From the NCBI GenBank assembly GCA_013265495.1, contig MU058528.1:310001-334942 (forward strand): 24,942 bases of DNA, written 5' to 3'. Below, piece by piece: positions 10,633 through 22,085 of the stretch. How positions within the stretch are numbered: position 1 is the stretch's first letter; each line of letters starts with the position of its first letter. Below the pieces are notes generated by a model. That model did not search any database. It was not told the DNA's origin and worked only from the letters and a program-made list of their open reading frames with translations. Source of the stretch: Vicugna vicugna. Lineage: Eukaryota. The position numbers were made by a program, and so were the translations under genes.

Positions 10633-13315
10633 ATGAGGCCCCTACTTCAGCAGCATAACCCCATAATAACACGCACAGCCCCTGAACACTGAGTGTGCCC
10701 TTGGAAAGTGAGCAGCAGGTTCACCTGCGGTACAGTGAGGTAGCTCAAGTTCTCACGAGCGCAGTTGTGGGTGTCAAGTCCAGGCATATGATCAGAGCAT
10801 CACAAAGTTTTGGCAAGGACTCTGTTATATGGACACTGAGTTTTGAACCTGGTGATGGATAGCCCGTGAGATGAGCTGGCCCTTACCTTAGGCTACCTAG
10901 CTCTTTTCAGAACTGAGAGTGAGTAGTGATCAAAGTTGTGTGGAAAGGGTATGGGACCCCAATTAGGAGAGCCACAGACAAATCCAGCAGTATAGACTAG
11001 ATGGCTGGTAGGAAGAGTGTCCAGGGGACTGTAACAGGACAGAGCGGACATCCCAGAAGACGAGGCCTGAAGACAGGGCATGTGTGAGTGCCAGGGCTCA
11101 GAAAAATGGATCCTTTCACCTAGGCTGGCAGTTGGAGCTGAGAAGGCAGTTGACCATCACGATCTCGTCTCTATTTTTCTTTACTAATTGGTGAAATTCT
11201 CTTTGTTTTTCTAAAAAGGAAAAAAATTGTTTTTCCAAAGTCATTTTAAAAAATACTTGTGCAAAGGTTAGAATTGAGATGAAAGTAAGGAATTCCAGCC
11301 ATAAAACAAATCGGTGTGTTAAACTCAACCACAAATAAGAATAAAACATTTTCATATTTTGCATAGTCCTGGTCATAATTTTTGATGAATCAATTTTAGA
11401 CTGTTTATTCACCCTCAAAGGAACAGCACGGGACCTATTTCTTTTTTATTTGTTTGTTTATTTTAATGAAAGATGCCTTTAGAACTGCTTAGCAATTGCA
11501 GGGAAGCCATTCTCCTTTTCAGCATCAAGGTAATTTACTTGTAGCTTTGTGGCTACATTAATGGGTCTAAATAACATATTTTAAAAGAAGTTGAACCCAT
11601 CAAAGAAAGAATTTGCAAGTGATTCTGGTTCTGTCCTCATTTCCTCTTCTTTTGGACAGAATCTTACTGATAGAGGAGTCAGGACAGGGTGAAAGGCCGG
11701 ATGTGGAGCAAGTAAGAAAAACAAAAACAAAAAAGGCTGAGCTCATCTCCAGCCTGGGCTGCATCTCAGGACAGATCATATTTATCAGAGTTCCCAAGTG
11801 TGGTGGTGACAAATCCTTTTTCCTGGCTCCTTGCCTGATGCAGGATTAATAAATAATGAGCTCAATATTTTAGGAAAGAATTATGCCATTATCATATCTT
11901 TCTAAAACATTTACTTTGGTGACTAGCCATTATTGATTCATATCTGAAACATACAGTATTATGATAGAAATCCACTTATGTCGATAAATCTCAGATTGAA
12001 GACGGCATGACATGGTGTATCTATGCATAATGCACGTCTATGTATGGAACTATATTGTTACACAATGAATGACAATTGTTTTCTAATGAGGGCTTATCAT
12101 TTTATTTTTTAAATGTCTATTTATTTCATGGCCGGATTTAAACTAGATCCCTTGAAGAATGTCAATTTGAGAGAGTTTTTAGAAAGTGAAGTTTTCTGAT
12201 TTCTCACATCCAATAAGTAGAAAGCACCCTCTGGGGGCGGAGGAGGAGGGAAAGGCGTGGACGGGAGTAGATGGAAGCTGGAAGCTGCTCTGGGCACACA
12301 TGGTCCGCTTGCCCTGGAAGGTGACTCGCAGAAGGGGACACTGGTTTGATAGCCTTCTTTTCACATCAGTCCTTCCTCAGAGAACAGTAACCACCATTTG
12401 AAAACATCAGTTGTCTCTTTGCTGATTTCTTATTTGGGATGAAATAATCACAATTCTCTTCCTAAGAAGCAGAATTTTTTTTTAATGTCAAAGCAGCAGA
12501 AGTAATCCAAACACTGATGAATGCAGTTGTGTAATAGCTGGTAAATATACCACGGTGCGTCGTAAACATTAAGTGCAGGGAAGCTTTCCTCCAAAAGTGG
12601 GATTAATATGATCTAAACCAGATGAATGAAGAAATAGCTACCGTGTAAATAGTTCACTTGTTAACTTTTCCAGAGAGAAAACAAACTAGCTATAAATCAT
12701 TTTTGGACTATTTAAAAGGCTTTCATAGTTTTGTCAGGGTGACATTAATTTTTGGAATCTTTAATATGCAATATTTTCCAGAGATAAACTCTAAAGGGCT
12801 AGATGAGCAAATAGACACATAAAAATATTGTAAGTGATACAGCAGCAGATTTCTTTCCTACACTTTTTCAGTTTTGGGCTGGGATTGGTTTCGCGAGGTA
12901 ATGCTATTAAGATGTTATATTTAAATACGTAGAAAGAAGGTCGTTTGTTTGAAGACCCAGTGTACCATGACACGTCCATAATGGAAGAAAGAATGCCTTT
13001 GTGGTATTTGCTTCTGACCACTATTCCGTGGCCATGTATCCACCATCTACGTCAGCAAAAAACAAGCAGTGAAGTTTTCAGTGAAGAATGCCATTATGTA
13101 ACCGTCACCAATCTGTGCATGATGAGAGTGGGTCATTAGCTTGCCTTTCAGCCCCTTATCTGATAACCATTCTTTTACACCGGGATGGTAACGACCCGTG
13201 AAGAGGAACAGAAAAGGAAAGAAAGGAGCGATGTTTTAGACAGAGTTTGAGTTCTCTCTCAAAAAAAAAAAAGTTTTTCCAGTAGTAATCCCAGAATCTC
13301 ATTTTCCTTTTTCCT

Positions 13316-13347
<32 letters not shown>

Positions 13348-13791
13348 NNNNNNNNNNNNNNNNNNNNNNNNNNNNNNNNNNNNNNNNNNNNNNNNNNNNN
13401 NNNNNNNNNNNNNNNNNNNNNNNNNNNNNNNNNNNNNNNNNNNNNNNNNNNNNNNNNNNNNNNNNNNNNNNNNNNNNNNNNNNNNNNNNNNNNNNNNNNN
13501 NNNNNNNNNNNNNNNNNNNNNNNNNNNNNNNNNNNNNNNNNNNNNNNNNNNNNNNNNNNNNNNNNNNNNNNNNNNNNNNNNNNNNNNNNNNNNNNNNNNN
13601 NNNNNNNNNNNNNNNNNNNNNNNNNNNNNNNNNNNNNNNNNNNNNNNNNNNNNNNNNNNNNNNNNNNNNNNNNNNNNNNNNNNNNNNNNNNNNNNNNNNN
13701 NNNNNNNNNNNNNNNNNNNNNNNNNNNNNNNNNNNNNNNNNNNNNNNNNNNNNNNNNNNNNNNNNNNNNNNNNNNNNNNNNNNNNNNNNNN
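13348..13791. other. Assembly gap (444 N) flanked by poly-T runs
   Basis: N run directly visible, with T runs at 13319-13347 and 13792-13819. Confidence 0.99.
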
Positions 13792-14009
13792 TTTTTTTTT
13801 TTTTTTTTTTTTTTTTTTTAGTACTGATCCTTTTCTCTTTTAGGTTCTGTTCCTGTGCTGGAATTTTCAACTCCTTTTACTTTTTCTTCCTGTCCTCCTG
13901 TGGATTCTGAAGGCTGGGATCCTTTCAGGAAATGATAGTTTGAATTAGTTCTGTTTTTTATCCTGAGTCTTCAAATATTCATGCCTTGGGATCTACACAT
14001 TTTATTGAA

Positions 14010-14142
14010 CATTACAAGGAGATGCTATCTTGAAACTAGGTTCTGTTTTTCTGTTAATTTTTATCCTTCCCTCTCTGATAAATGGAGCATCTAGCACAGT
14101 GCTTGGCACATAGTCAAAGGTGCTCAATAGATAGTTGCTGAA
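14010..14142 (+). mobile_element. L2 3' terminus
   Basis: agcatctagcacagtgcttggcacatagtcaaaggtgctcaatagatagttgctgaa matches the L2 3' terminal motif. Confidence 0.7.
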
Positions 14143-14225
14143 AAGTGGAGTCAGTTTACACTTGAGTTCTAGAGCTGGTCCTTAGTAATTGAGCCATAGG
14201 GAACTGTAGGTCTTCCTGCCATAAA

Positions 14226-14860
14226 ACTGTTGGTGGGAATGTAAATTGGTGAAATCACAGTGAAAAACAGTATGCAGGTTTCTCAAAAAACTGAAAATAG
14301 AACTACCATATGACCCAGCAATTCCACTCCTGGGTATGTATCTCAGAAAAAAATAAAACCACTAATCAGAAAAAATACCTGCAACCCCATGTTCATAGCA
14401 GCGTTATTTACAATTGCCAAGATATAGAAGCAACCTAAGTGTCCATAAACAGATGAATGGATAAAGAAATGGGTATATTTATACAATGGAATACTATTCA
14501 GCCATAAAAAAGATAAAAATTTGCCATTTGCAGCAACATAGATGGACTTGAAAGGCATTATGCTAAGTGAAGTAAGTCAGAGAAAGACAAACACTGTATG
14601 ATACCACTTATACGTGGAATCCAAAAAATACAACAAACTAATGGATATAACAAAAAGGAAGCCAACTCAGACATATGGGACAACCTAGTGATTACTGGTG
14701 GGAAGGAGGGGAGAGGGGCAGTGTAAGGGTGGGTGAGTGAGAGGCACAAACTACAAAATGGGTGTAGGATAGACTCAGAGATATATTGTACCACATGGGG
14801 AATATAGCCAATAATTTGTAACAACTGTAAACACACTATAACCTTTAAAAATTGTATTTA
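14226..14860 (+). mobile_element. 5'-truncated lineage-specific LINE-1 (ORF2 C-terminus + 3'UTR)
   Basis: actgttggtgggaatgtaaattggt..aaaatagaactaccatatgacccagcaattccactcctgggtat..gaagcaacctaagtgtcca..ggggaatatagccaataatttgtaacaactgtaaa..aacctttaaaaattgtat. AAAACTG occurs at 14223-14229 and 14861-14867 (likely TSD). Confidence 0.92.
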
Positions 14861-14975
14861 AAAACTGAAGTGATGCAGACATTATGTAGTTATTAACTAA
14901 ATAAGATAACTTACCTAGAAAGTGACCTGCAGAGTTCTGAGAACATAGTAAGTCTTCAACAAATATGAGTTCTGG
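14861..14975 (+). mobile_element. MIR 3' half (5' half probably at ~14150-14229, split by the L1)
   Basis: attaactaaataagataacttacctagaaagtgacctgcagagttctgagaacatagtaagtcttcaacaaatatgagtt resembles the MIR 3' half. Confidence 0.55.
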
Positions 14976-15297
14976 TTTCTTTAGGCTAGTCATTTAAATT
15001 TCCTGAACTGTATTCTCCTGAACTCAAGAACTGCATGTCTTGGAACTTCCTGACAGGTTAGTTCTGATGATTAAATAAGTTTAGGTTTGTGGAACTCCTT
15101 TTGCAATATTAAAAAAATGGTATAAGTTATTATTAAGGTATTGTAAATCTTTATCAAACAGATTAAAAAACTGATGGACTAAGACATTTAAGAGCAAGGC
15201 TAATGTTGAGCAATTCTTCTCTTTTTGGGGACAAATCACCATTTATACCTTTTTAAAGGTGTGTATGGTTATTTCTGGCCTGTGAGTCTGTCTAAAA

Positions 15298-15590
15298 TGC
15301 ATAACATGGTGGCTAATCACAGAGTCTTGGGGCAATTCTGCTTGGCCTTGAATTGGCCTTGGCTTTGGCCTTGGCCTTGGCCTTGGCCTTGGCCTTGGCA
15401 CCATCCAGATACATGATCTGCGGCTGTTTAGCCATTTTTTAATGCCTTAGTTTCCCCACTGGTGAGATGGCAACAGTGAGAGAGCTGTCCTCATGGGGCC
15501 GTCGTGATGACTAAATGAAAGTATGTGCAGACCAGCTTTGAGCACAGCCTGAGCTGTGCTAAGTACTCAGGATTTGTCAGCTACTGCTTT
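15298..15590 (+). mobile_element. Near full-length MIR interrupted by a hexamer microsatellite
   Basis: gcataacatggtggctaa..(B-box region)..atgccttagtttccccactggtgagatgg..cctcatggggccgtcgtgatgactaaatgaaag..gagcacagcctg..taagtactcag..gtcagctact. Confidence 0.75.
15342..15400. repeat. (TTGGCC)n hexanucleotide microsatellite
   Basis: Eight consecutive units at 15353-15400 (six perfect, plus ttggct and ttggca), and an upstream ttggccttgaa. Confidence 0.95.
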
Positions 15591-15869
15591 AAGTAGAAGC
15601 GTATCTTTTTTGTGGGTTTTCATTTAACTCTAAAAACTTTAAATTGTTGGTCAGCTCCTTTAGGGAAGAAATGTCACACCATATTTTGATCCAAACTGAA
15701 GAAGCGTAAATAAAAAAACATGGAGGCAGTGGGGATCCTTCCCTTCACTAAACTGATATTTTATATAAAGGTTGAGATTAAAAAAACTTTTTTAAAGTGA
15801 TTAAGACTGTTATTCTTAACTATTGATGATCCTAATTATATTGAAAATCATTCTGTCCGGAAAAATGAT

Positions 15870-16240
15870 TATGACTTGGTCGGTGTCTTCTTGGTTAGAA
15901 TGAACAGAAACACACATCAAATCGAGTAAGCTAGAAAGGGACTTTGTGGATGAATACTAGGCATTTCGCAGAATCCGATATCAGCTTGGCTGTGGGAGGA
16001 CTTATTCCAGGAGCAGGCAGTACTCTCAGTCTTTTGTTCTTACCTTTCTCTGTGTGCCAGCTTCCCTCTTACCGCTCTTCAGACATGTTCTCTCTGAATT
16101 TGGTCCTCCCTGCAGGGCCAGCACGCGGTGTCACAAAGGAAAACGCTTTTGCTGAGAGACCACCCCTAAAACGTGGGGGCAGAGCCCAGAGAGAGGAGCT
16201 GACTGTGTGCTGAGCAACCTAGGTCCCTCCTACCAATTTC
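15870..16240 (-). mobile_element. Old MaLR/ERVL-type LTR (MLT1-like), degraded
   Basis: ttggtcggtgtcttcttggttagaatgaacagaaacacacatcaaatcgagtaagctagaaagggactttg resembles MLT1J/K-type tagtcaggattcttttggttgcaagtgacagaaacccaactcaaactagcttaag. The right boundary is uncertain. Confidence 0.45.
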
Positions 16241-17219
16241 CACATAAAATAAATATACACTATCATGTCAAAACAGGAAGTCTTTCAGTGTCACACCTTT
16301 AAAAGAAAATCACGTTTTGATTTAAAAATACACCCGGAAGAGTAATAATAATTCTGCCCTGCAGTCAGCTGCATATATTGTTCCAAAATGGAAAGGGCTC
16401 ATTTACTGACTGAAAATGTATGAGATTCAATGTGTTTTTGATAAGTGTATTTTGAATGGAACGCTCGATACTTTTTAATATTCATTTTTAAAGCCAAATA
16501 AAATATAAAAATTATTTGGATTTTAACCGTGGGCTGGAAAATGATGAGTGGCAAAATTCCTATAATTTTATAAACCCTCTGTATTTCACGTTGATCATTT
16601 GGTCTTTCAAGTCAAATCTGTGCTTCTGGAGTAGCTGTAATAACTCACTCATGTAAATTACCGGTTGGCCACATCTTTAGTCTGCCCCCAAATTGTTTTT
16701 GGAGGCGTCTTAATCTCTTCTGGCTTCGTGGAAGTTGGCAGGCAAGGCAGCAGGGAGCTATTGTGGATTTGTCTGTTGAGCTGGGGCCAGAGCTCCTGCT
16801 CCTGTCCTGAATTACTTTCATTGAAACATTCCCCCACCACCCTACTCTTTCCCAGCCTTTAAAGAAAGATTTTTAAGGTTCCATTGGATGCGAAGAGCAT
16901 AGATTTAGGAAGTGAATAGAGAAGTCAAGATGTGGGAGAGTGAATGAGAGGAAGAAGACTAAGAAAAAAATCATCAAGGTTTAGGAGTTTAGAAAAATTT
17001 CCATTGGCCTGATAACATCTTAGCACTTTAGCTCATAACCCAGAAATGTGTATATGTATATATTTTGTAAAGATATGTATATGTTCTCTATATAATAAAG
17101 CAAATGTCCTTTTGCTTTTTTTTGGTAGCGCTTACAGTATGCAAAGAAAAAAACAATATACATTGTCTCCGGCTGAAACCAACATAGGGTTTTTCTGAGA
17201 AAGCGTCTGTGATGGACAC

Positions 17220-17345
17220 TGTTAGAATTCAGATACTTTGGCACCTACATTAATGTTTTTCTGTAACTTGTACGTTGCTTTAACAATGCCTGTGTAATTG
17301 GCACATAGTAAGTACTTTAAGAAAAATGTACTGAATCAATGAATT
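17220..17345 (+). mobile_element. L2 3' terminus
   Basis: aacaatgcctg..tggcacatagtaagtactttaagaaaaatgtactgaatcaatgaat, with the (TGAA)n-type tail. Confidence 0.6.
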
Positions 17346-17682
17346 CTATTCCGAGGGAGGTCTCTCAGTATTTTAATAGAAAATGCTTTCAAGAGAACTG
17401 AGTCTGGGTATCAACTTATTCCAGTGACTACTGCTCAGGTGAACCATTAGTTTCCTTCATTTATTTATAGGAAACAAGACAAATTTGTCCCGAATCAACT
17501 CTGTTTAAAGAAATACTGATTCCTCTTTGTTTGAGCTCTGTTCTCTCTTTCCCCCTTTCTGTTTCTATTTTCTCTCTCCTTCATGTTGTTCCCTTTCCCT
17601 GGTGCCTTTGTTTCCCTTTGGGGCTTCCTCTTCTCCTTTCATAGGCCTTCCCTCTTTCTTAATATCTTCCTCTATTTAAAAA

Positions 17683-17780
17683 TTCTTTTTATTCTAATGG
17701 AGGTACTGGGGATTGAACCCAGGATCTCATGGATACTAAGCAAATGCTTTACCACTGAGCTATACTCCCACCCCCCCCCC
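17683..17780 (-). mobile_element. Short tRNA-derived SINE (camelid Vic-1-like)
   Basis: Minus strand reads gggtgggagtaTAGCTCAGTGGtaaagcatttgcttagtatccatgagatcctgGGTTCAATCCccagtacctccattagaataaaaa. Pol III A box at 17752-17762, B box at 17710-17719, A-rich tail. Confidence 0.88.
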
Positions 17781-19577
17781 TTTTTTTTTAAAGAAGTCAC
17801 AAAATGAGGCAGATATTTTTATATTAAAGTTTAATTTCTTCTACCATAAGTTAGTTTTTTTGGCAAATAAAATGTCTGTATGATGCTTCTTAAGTCTTAA
17901 GAAGTCTATTTTTTTCATTTTAATCATTTCCTCTTTGAATAATTCAAAGTTTCCCAAAGATACAAACATCTTGTCAGAATAGAAATAATTAATCAGTGCA
18001 TATTTTATGGAGAAATACTCTAATTGTATACATTTAAAATTACTAATAGAAATGATCATTTATGGTCTCTTAAACTCCAGAAAGGTATTAATTTTAGAGA
18101 ATAATAAGATTAAATGAGAAAGTTTCCAAGCTACTTTATAAGTGGAATAATAGCAAATACTTTCCTTGGCACCAACTCTCTACTTTTCTAATAAATCAGT
18201 TCTAAGTGAGTAAAGCTGTCATTGGTTGGGAAAAAAGATTAGCATTTTACTTTTTGTAGCTTTCAGTAAACAGGTGGATGGAAACACAGAGAAAGGAATG
18301 GATGGGAGAGAGAGATAAGAAATGACAGTTCCTCCAGGATGAGAGAAGAAATATGAAGCATGTCCTTAGGTGCACCGAAGACTTATGTTTATCCACGTCC
18401 CTTCTCTTGCAGCAGCCTCAGACCTACACAAGCCATCTTCTTGCCAGGAGCTCAGTACCCACCTGGTCCCATTCGATGAGCAAGGTGGAGAAGAGAGTAT
18501 GATTCCAGTGGAGACCATCAGCAGGGCAACGCCTTGTCATTGAGTTCATCACTTAGAGAGTCGGAGGCCCCGTATTACTACTCGTAAGACATTCCACATG
18601 TCTTTCATGGAATTTCCCACATGACCGATGAGCATTCAGCACCCATGACTCCAATCATAGCAAGTTCAGTGGAGGGACGTAGCATAACTGCTTCTTCCAT
18701 ACCACCTACTGTGGTTAGAAGGGAAATACCGTTTGCTCTCTTAGCAGAAATGCACTTTAGTTAACAATCTGACTTCTTCCCTTGGCTTCCACAATACCCT
18801 ATTCTCTCCATTTTTCTCTTAGTATTCTTTATGTTTTCTAAATAAATTCAGTGTTCAGCTTATATAATTTTTATTTCATCTAGTTCAGTGGTCCTTCATT
18901 AAGATACATTCTTCATTGGATATTTGATGAACTTTGTTTATATTAAGTTAACTCAAGGATACAGAAGACAATGGGATGAAGGAAATCTTACTGCACTCGG
19001 GGAGTGGGGCGAGTAGGCAGCGTGCAGAAGTGGTTCCAGCTGATGTTGGCTTTGGGCTGATGAAAACCATTTCAATGAAATAAAAACTGGAGTTTTATTT
19101 GAGATCTATGAAATGTTCTTTGATATACTGCCTACTCCTTTTGGAAGAGGAAAAGATTTTGAAGGGAAAACTTTTAGACAAAAAACATTGTATTTTTACA
19201 CGTGGATGCAATCCTACAAAAGTAAAATGCAAATAACTAAAAAAATTATAATCTAAATACCAGGTACAGCATTTATCTGTTTGGACTAGATAAACACAAG
19301 CCAAAGGGCAATATTTCTGCATGCTTGCTTGGGAGTGATGAGACTGGAGTAATCTTTGATTTCCGAAGTAGGACTATTTCCTTGGTCTTTAGTTTTGCCT
19401 ACAGAGGGCCAGGCTGCTATTCCCTTTCCTGGCGATTTACTCATTCTGGGATCGTTCTGGAGCTCTTTCTTGCTCTGTGATAAAAACTGTTATTCTTACA
19501 CAAAATTACAGCTTCACGAAATTGATATTGTGGGATAAAGAATATGGAGGTATCCTGCAGAAGAGCCTTATTAGGAG

Positions 19578-20192
19578 TGCAACCAAGCAGGACCCTATGG
19601 GGCTTTCCTGGACATCACCCCCTACCCCCATGTCCTAGACCTGCCTCTTGTTTGTAGAAAAAGTTCAACCTCCCAGGCCTTCCCCGAGTTCCAAATACTA
19701 TAATTAATCAGAGAAATGAGAAAATGCAGGAACAGAGCAGTGAAGTGAGTCAAAATAACAATCTAGCCATTAAACAAAATCAAGGACATTTATTTCCTCC
19801 TCAAGGGCTATAGATAATATTCTGAGCCATATCGTTTGAGCTGTTTTGCAGATACTGAAATCTCCACTAGACAGAGGAGGTTAACCGTATGCTGATCACA
19901 GGCAGGTAGATCTCAGAAGGACTGGAACCAGAAGGTCAGTGATGTTGACTCACCTCACCACCAGACAAGCAGGAGAATGTCCACGAGCTGATCGGGCGCC
20001 CACAATCCCTCTCCCTCACGTTGTCTTTAAAAACCTTCCCCTGAAAGCCATTGGGGTTGGGGGAATTCAGGTCTTCAGAGGATTAGATTCCTGGACTCTT
20101 TGCTTGGCGCCACTTTCCTTCACCACAACGCAGTGTCAGTAGGTTGGCTTTACCAAGTGCAGGTGAGCAGACCCAAGTTTGGCTTGGTAACA
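19578..20192 (+). mobile_element. ERV1-class solo LTR (cetartiodactyl type), 615 bp
   Basis: TG...CA termini: TGCAACCAAGCAGGACCCTATGGGGC ... GACCCAAGTTTGGCTTGGTAACA, with a 9/11 terminal inverted repeat and a TATA-like CTTTAAAA near 20025. Confidence 0.85.
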
Positions 20193-20299
20193 GATGGAAC
20201 AATACTTAAATAGCTGAATGGTTGTAATTTGAAAGAGGGATTTATAACCCAGCTGGCACTTTGTATTTAGCAGGTGTTGCCGTCCGTACCTCCCCACGA

Positions 20300-20495
20300 A
20301 TTGCTCCGTTTAAATTCAAATCAACAGTATGACACAGACACCATTGACTGTATTATCACATTATTTCTGTTTTTCAGATGGAGAAATCCAGCACAAAGCA
20401 GTTCTGTAATTTTCCTGACGACACGGACACTGAAAGTTAGGGACAGGATTTGAACTTGGTATTCTGACCCCAGGGAACTGATTAAAACACTTCAG
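20300..20495 (-). mobile_element. MIR SINE
   Basis: ttatttctgtttttcagatggagaaatccagcacaaagcagttctgtaattttcctgacgacac..gacaggatttgaacttggtattctgaccccag is the reverse MIR core plus B box. Confidence 0.7.
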
Positions 20496-20569
20496 CTCAC
20501 TACTTCTTTGCTTTGTACATCTTTGGCCAAGACAAAAACCGCTGACCAGTGGAAGCTCCAGCAAGGCAG

Positions 20570-20775
20570 ATGCAGTCCCAACAGAAAGAAAAACGTCCTA
20601 ATGATGAGATCTGTGCAAAGCAGAATGGAGCATGCTGGAAATGATCGGTGTCCCCTTGGTTGATGTTCAAGTGGAAATGGAATGAAGAAATGTTGCAGTG
20701 GATATTTTCACTTCAGGACAAAGTTATTTTTAAAGTTTTTTGTTTTTTGCTTCCCGTCCTAGAGTCTATGATACT
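20570..20775 (+). mobile_element. L3/CR1 3' end fragment
   Basis: agaaagaaaaacgtcctaatgatgagatctgtgcaaagcagaatgg..tgtccccttggttgatgttcaagtgga..atgttgcagtggat..cttcccgtcctagagtctatgat resembles the L3 3' end ending in (gattctat). Confidence 0.6.
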
Positions 20776-21719
20776 ATTTTAAAAAATTATGTGGATATGT
20801 CTGTTTATAACTTTGCCAGCAAGAGTAGCTGTCTCTTAAATGTCCTGCACAGAATGCTCACATTGACTGGATCTTTCTCTCAACTTCATTTACAAAGATC
20901 TGTGTTAGATTAGAAATGGAATTTGAGCATGGAAGAGGAACAACAATGAACTTCAAAGCATGAAAAGGAGATGGAGAAAGAGAAGACCAAATGCAGAAAA
21001 ATGAAAGAAAGAGGAAAGACTCTAAATTAGTGATTGGAAATTTCTTCTGAATTTCTTAATTAAAATGGGGTATGTATGTACAGATGTTCCTTCGTTTATA
21101 AATATATCAGCTTTCAAAAAACTGTTCAGCTCATTTGTTTTTTAGTTCAAAGTGACTGTCAAGATCAAGTCCAGAATATATTTTTATGAAGTAGGTTAGT
21201 ACATGAGCTCTTTAAAGATTTGTGATTTGCATATTCCATCCCAATTATGTCTTTCTTGTTAGGGATCTTTTTACAAAACCAGTCATTGTTGTACATTTTG
21301 TTGCTAACAATGATCTACATATAGTACTTGAGCCCTTTTACCAGATACCAATCATACTTGTGATCTAAATTTTATCAATGGTATTCTACCTGATCAGGGT
21401 TTAATTTCTCGAAGTCCTGTATTTCTCCTGATATAACAGTAGGTTTTCCCTTTGGTGAATTGCTATCACTTGCTGATTATCAATTGCCTGGACACATAAT
21501 TTTTCACAAGTGATATAATTTCTTTCTTTATCCTTTGTATCCTTTAGAAATATTCTTACAGTTGAAACATTCATTCCAATATGTCTATAAAATATTTTTC
21601 ATTTCCTTATGACTTTTATTTAAAAATATGTCTATTATTATTTTATCATAATTATATGCCTCTTTTTTACTGGCATTTTTAAGCCTGTCACACCTTTTTT
21701 ACTTCACTGGAAAAGACAG

Positions 21720-22085
21720 TGTATCAGTCAGGATAGTTTAGTTTATGCTGAGGTAACAAAAAACGCCAAGTCTCAGTGGCTTAACACGACTGAAGTTTAT
21801 TTGGTTGCTCATGTCGCATGTCCACTGTGGGTCAGTGGTGGAGGTGGGGGTCCGCCCACCGAGTCATCCCTCACCTCCTGAGATGCTGACTCCATTTCAA
21901 CATGCTACTTCAGAGCTTTCTGCTTCAGAGGAAAAGTGGGCAAGAGCTGGGCACTGGCAATGAATGCTTCCTCCCCAAATGGCACGTGTTACTTCACCTC
22001 ACATTTCATTGGCCAAATCATGCCACATCCCCTTTGCGTGCTCACAAGCAGAGAAGAACAGGCAACATCTGTGATATCTACCATA
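21720..22085 (-). mobile_element. MLT1 (MaLR; MLT1I/J-like) solo LTR
   Basis: TGTATCAGTCAGGATAG..ttatgctgaggtaacaaa..tctcagtggcttaacac..aagtttatt..cacatttcattggccaaa..CTACCATA. 5-bp TSD with one mismatch: GACAG (21715-21719) and CACAG (22086-22090). Confidence 0.85.

Noticed and set aside
13259..13870. 203-aa ORF with poly-K and X
   Set aside because: Artefact of reading through poly-T and the N gap.
14343..14836. ORFs resembling database 'hypothetical proteins' (FFIHSSVYGHLGCF...)
   Set aside because: Antisense translation of the L1 ORF2 end/3'UTR, a common false positive.
15225..15416. ORF with a (WP)n repeat
   Set aside because: Translation of the TTGGCC microsatellite inside a MIR, with a non-ATG start.
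17695..17770. Possible functional tRNA gene
   Set aside because: The A-rich tail, degenerate anticodon arm and SINE-type 3' end indicate a tRNA-derived SINE.
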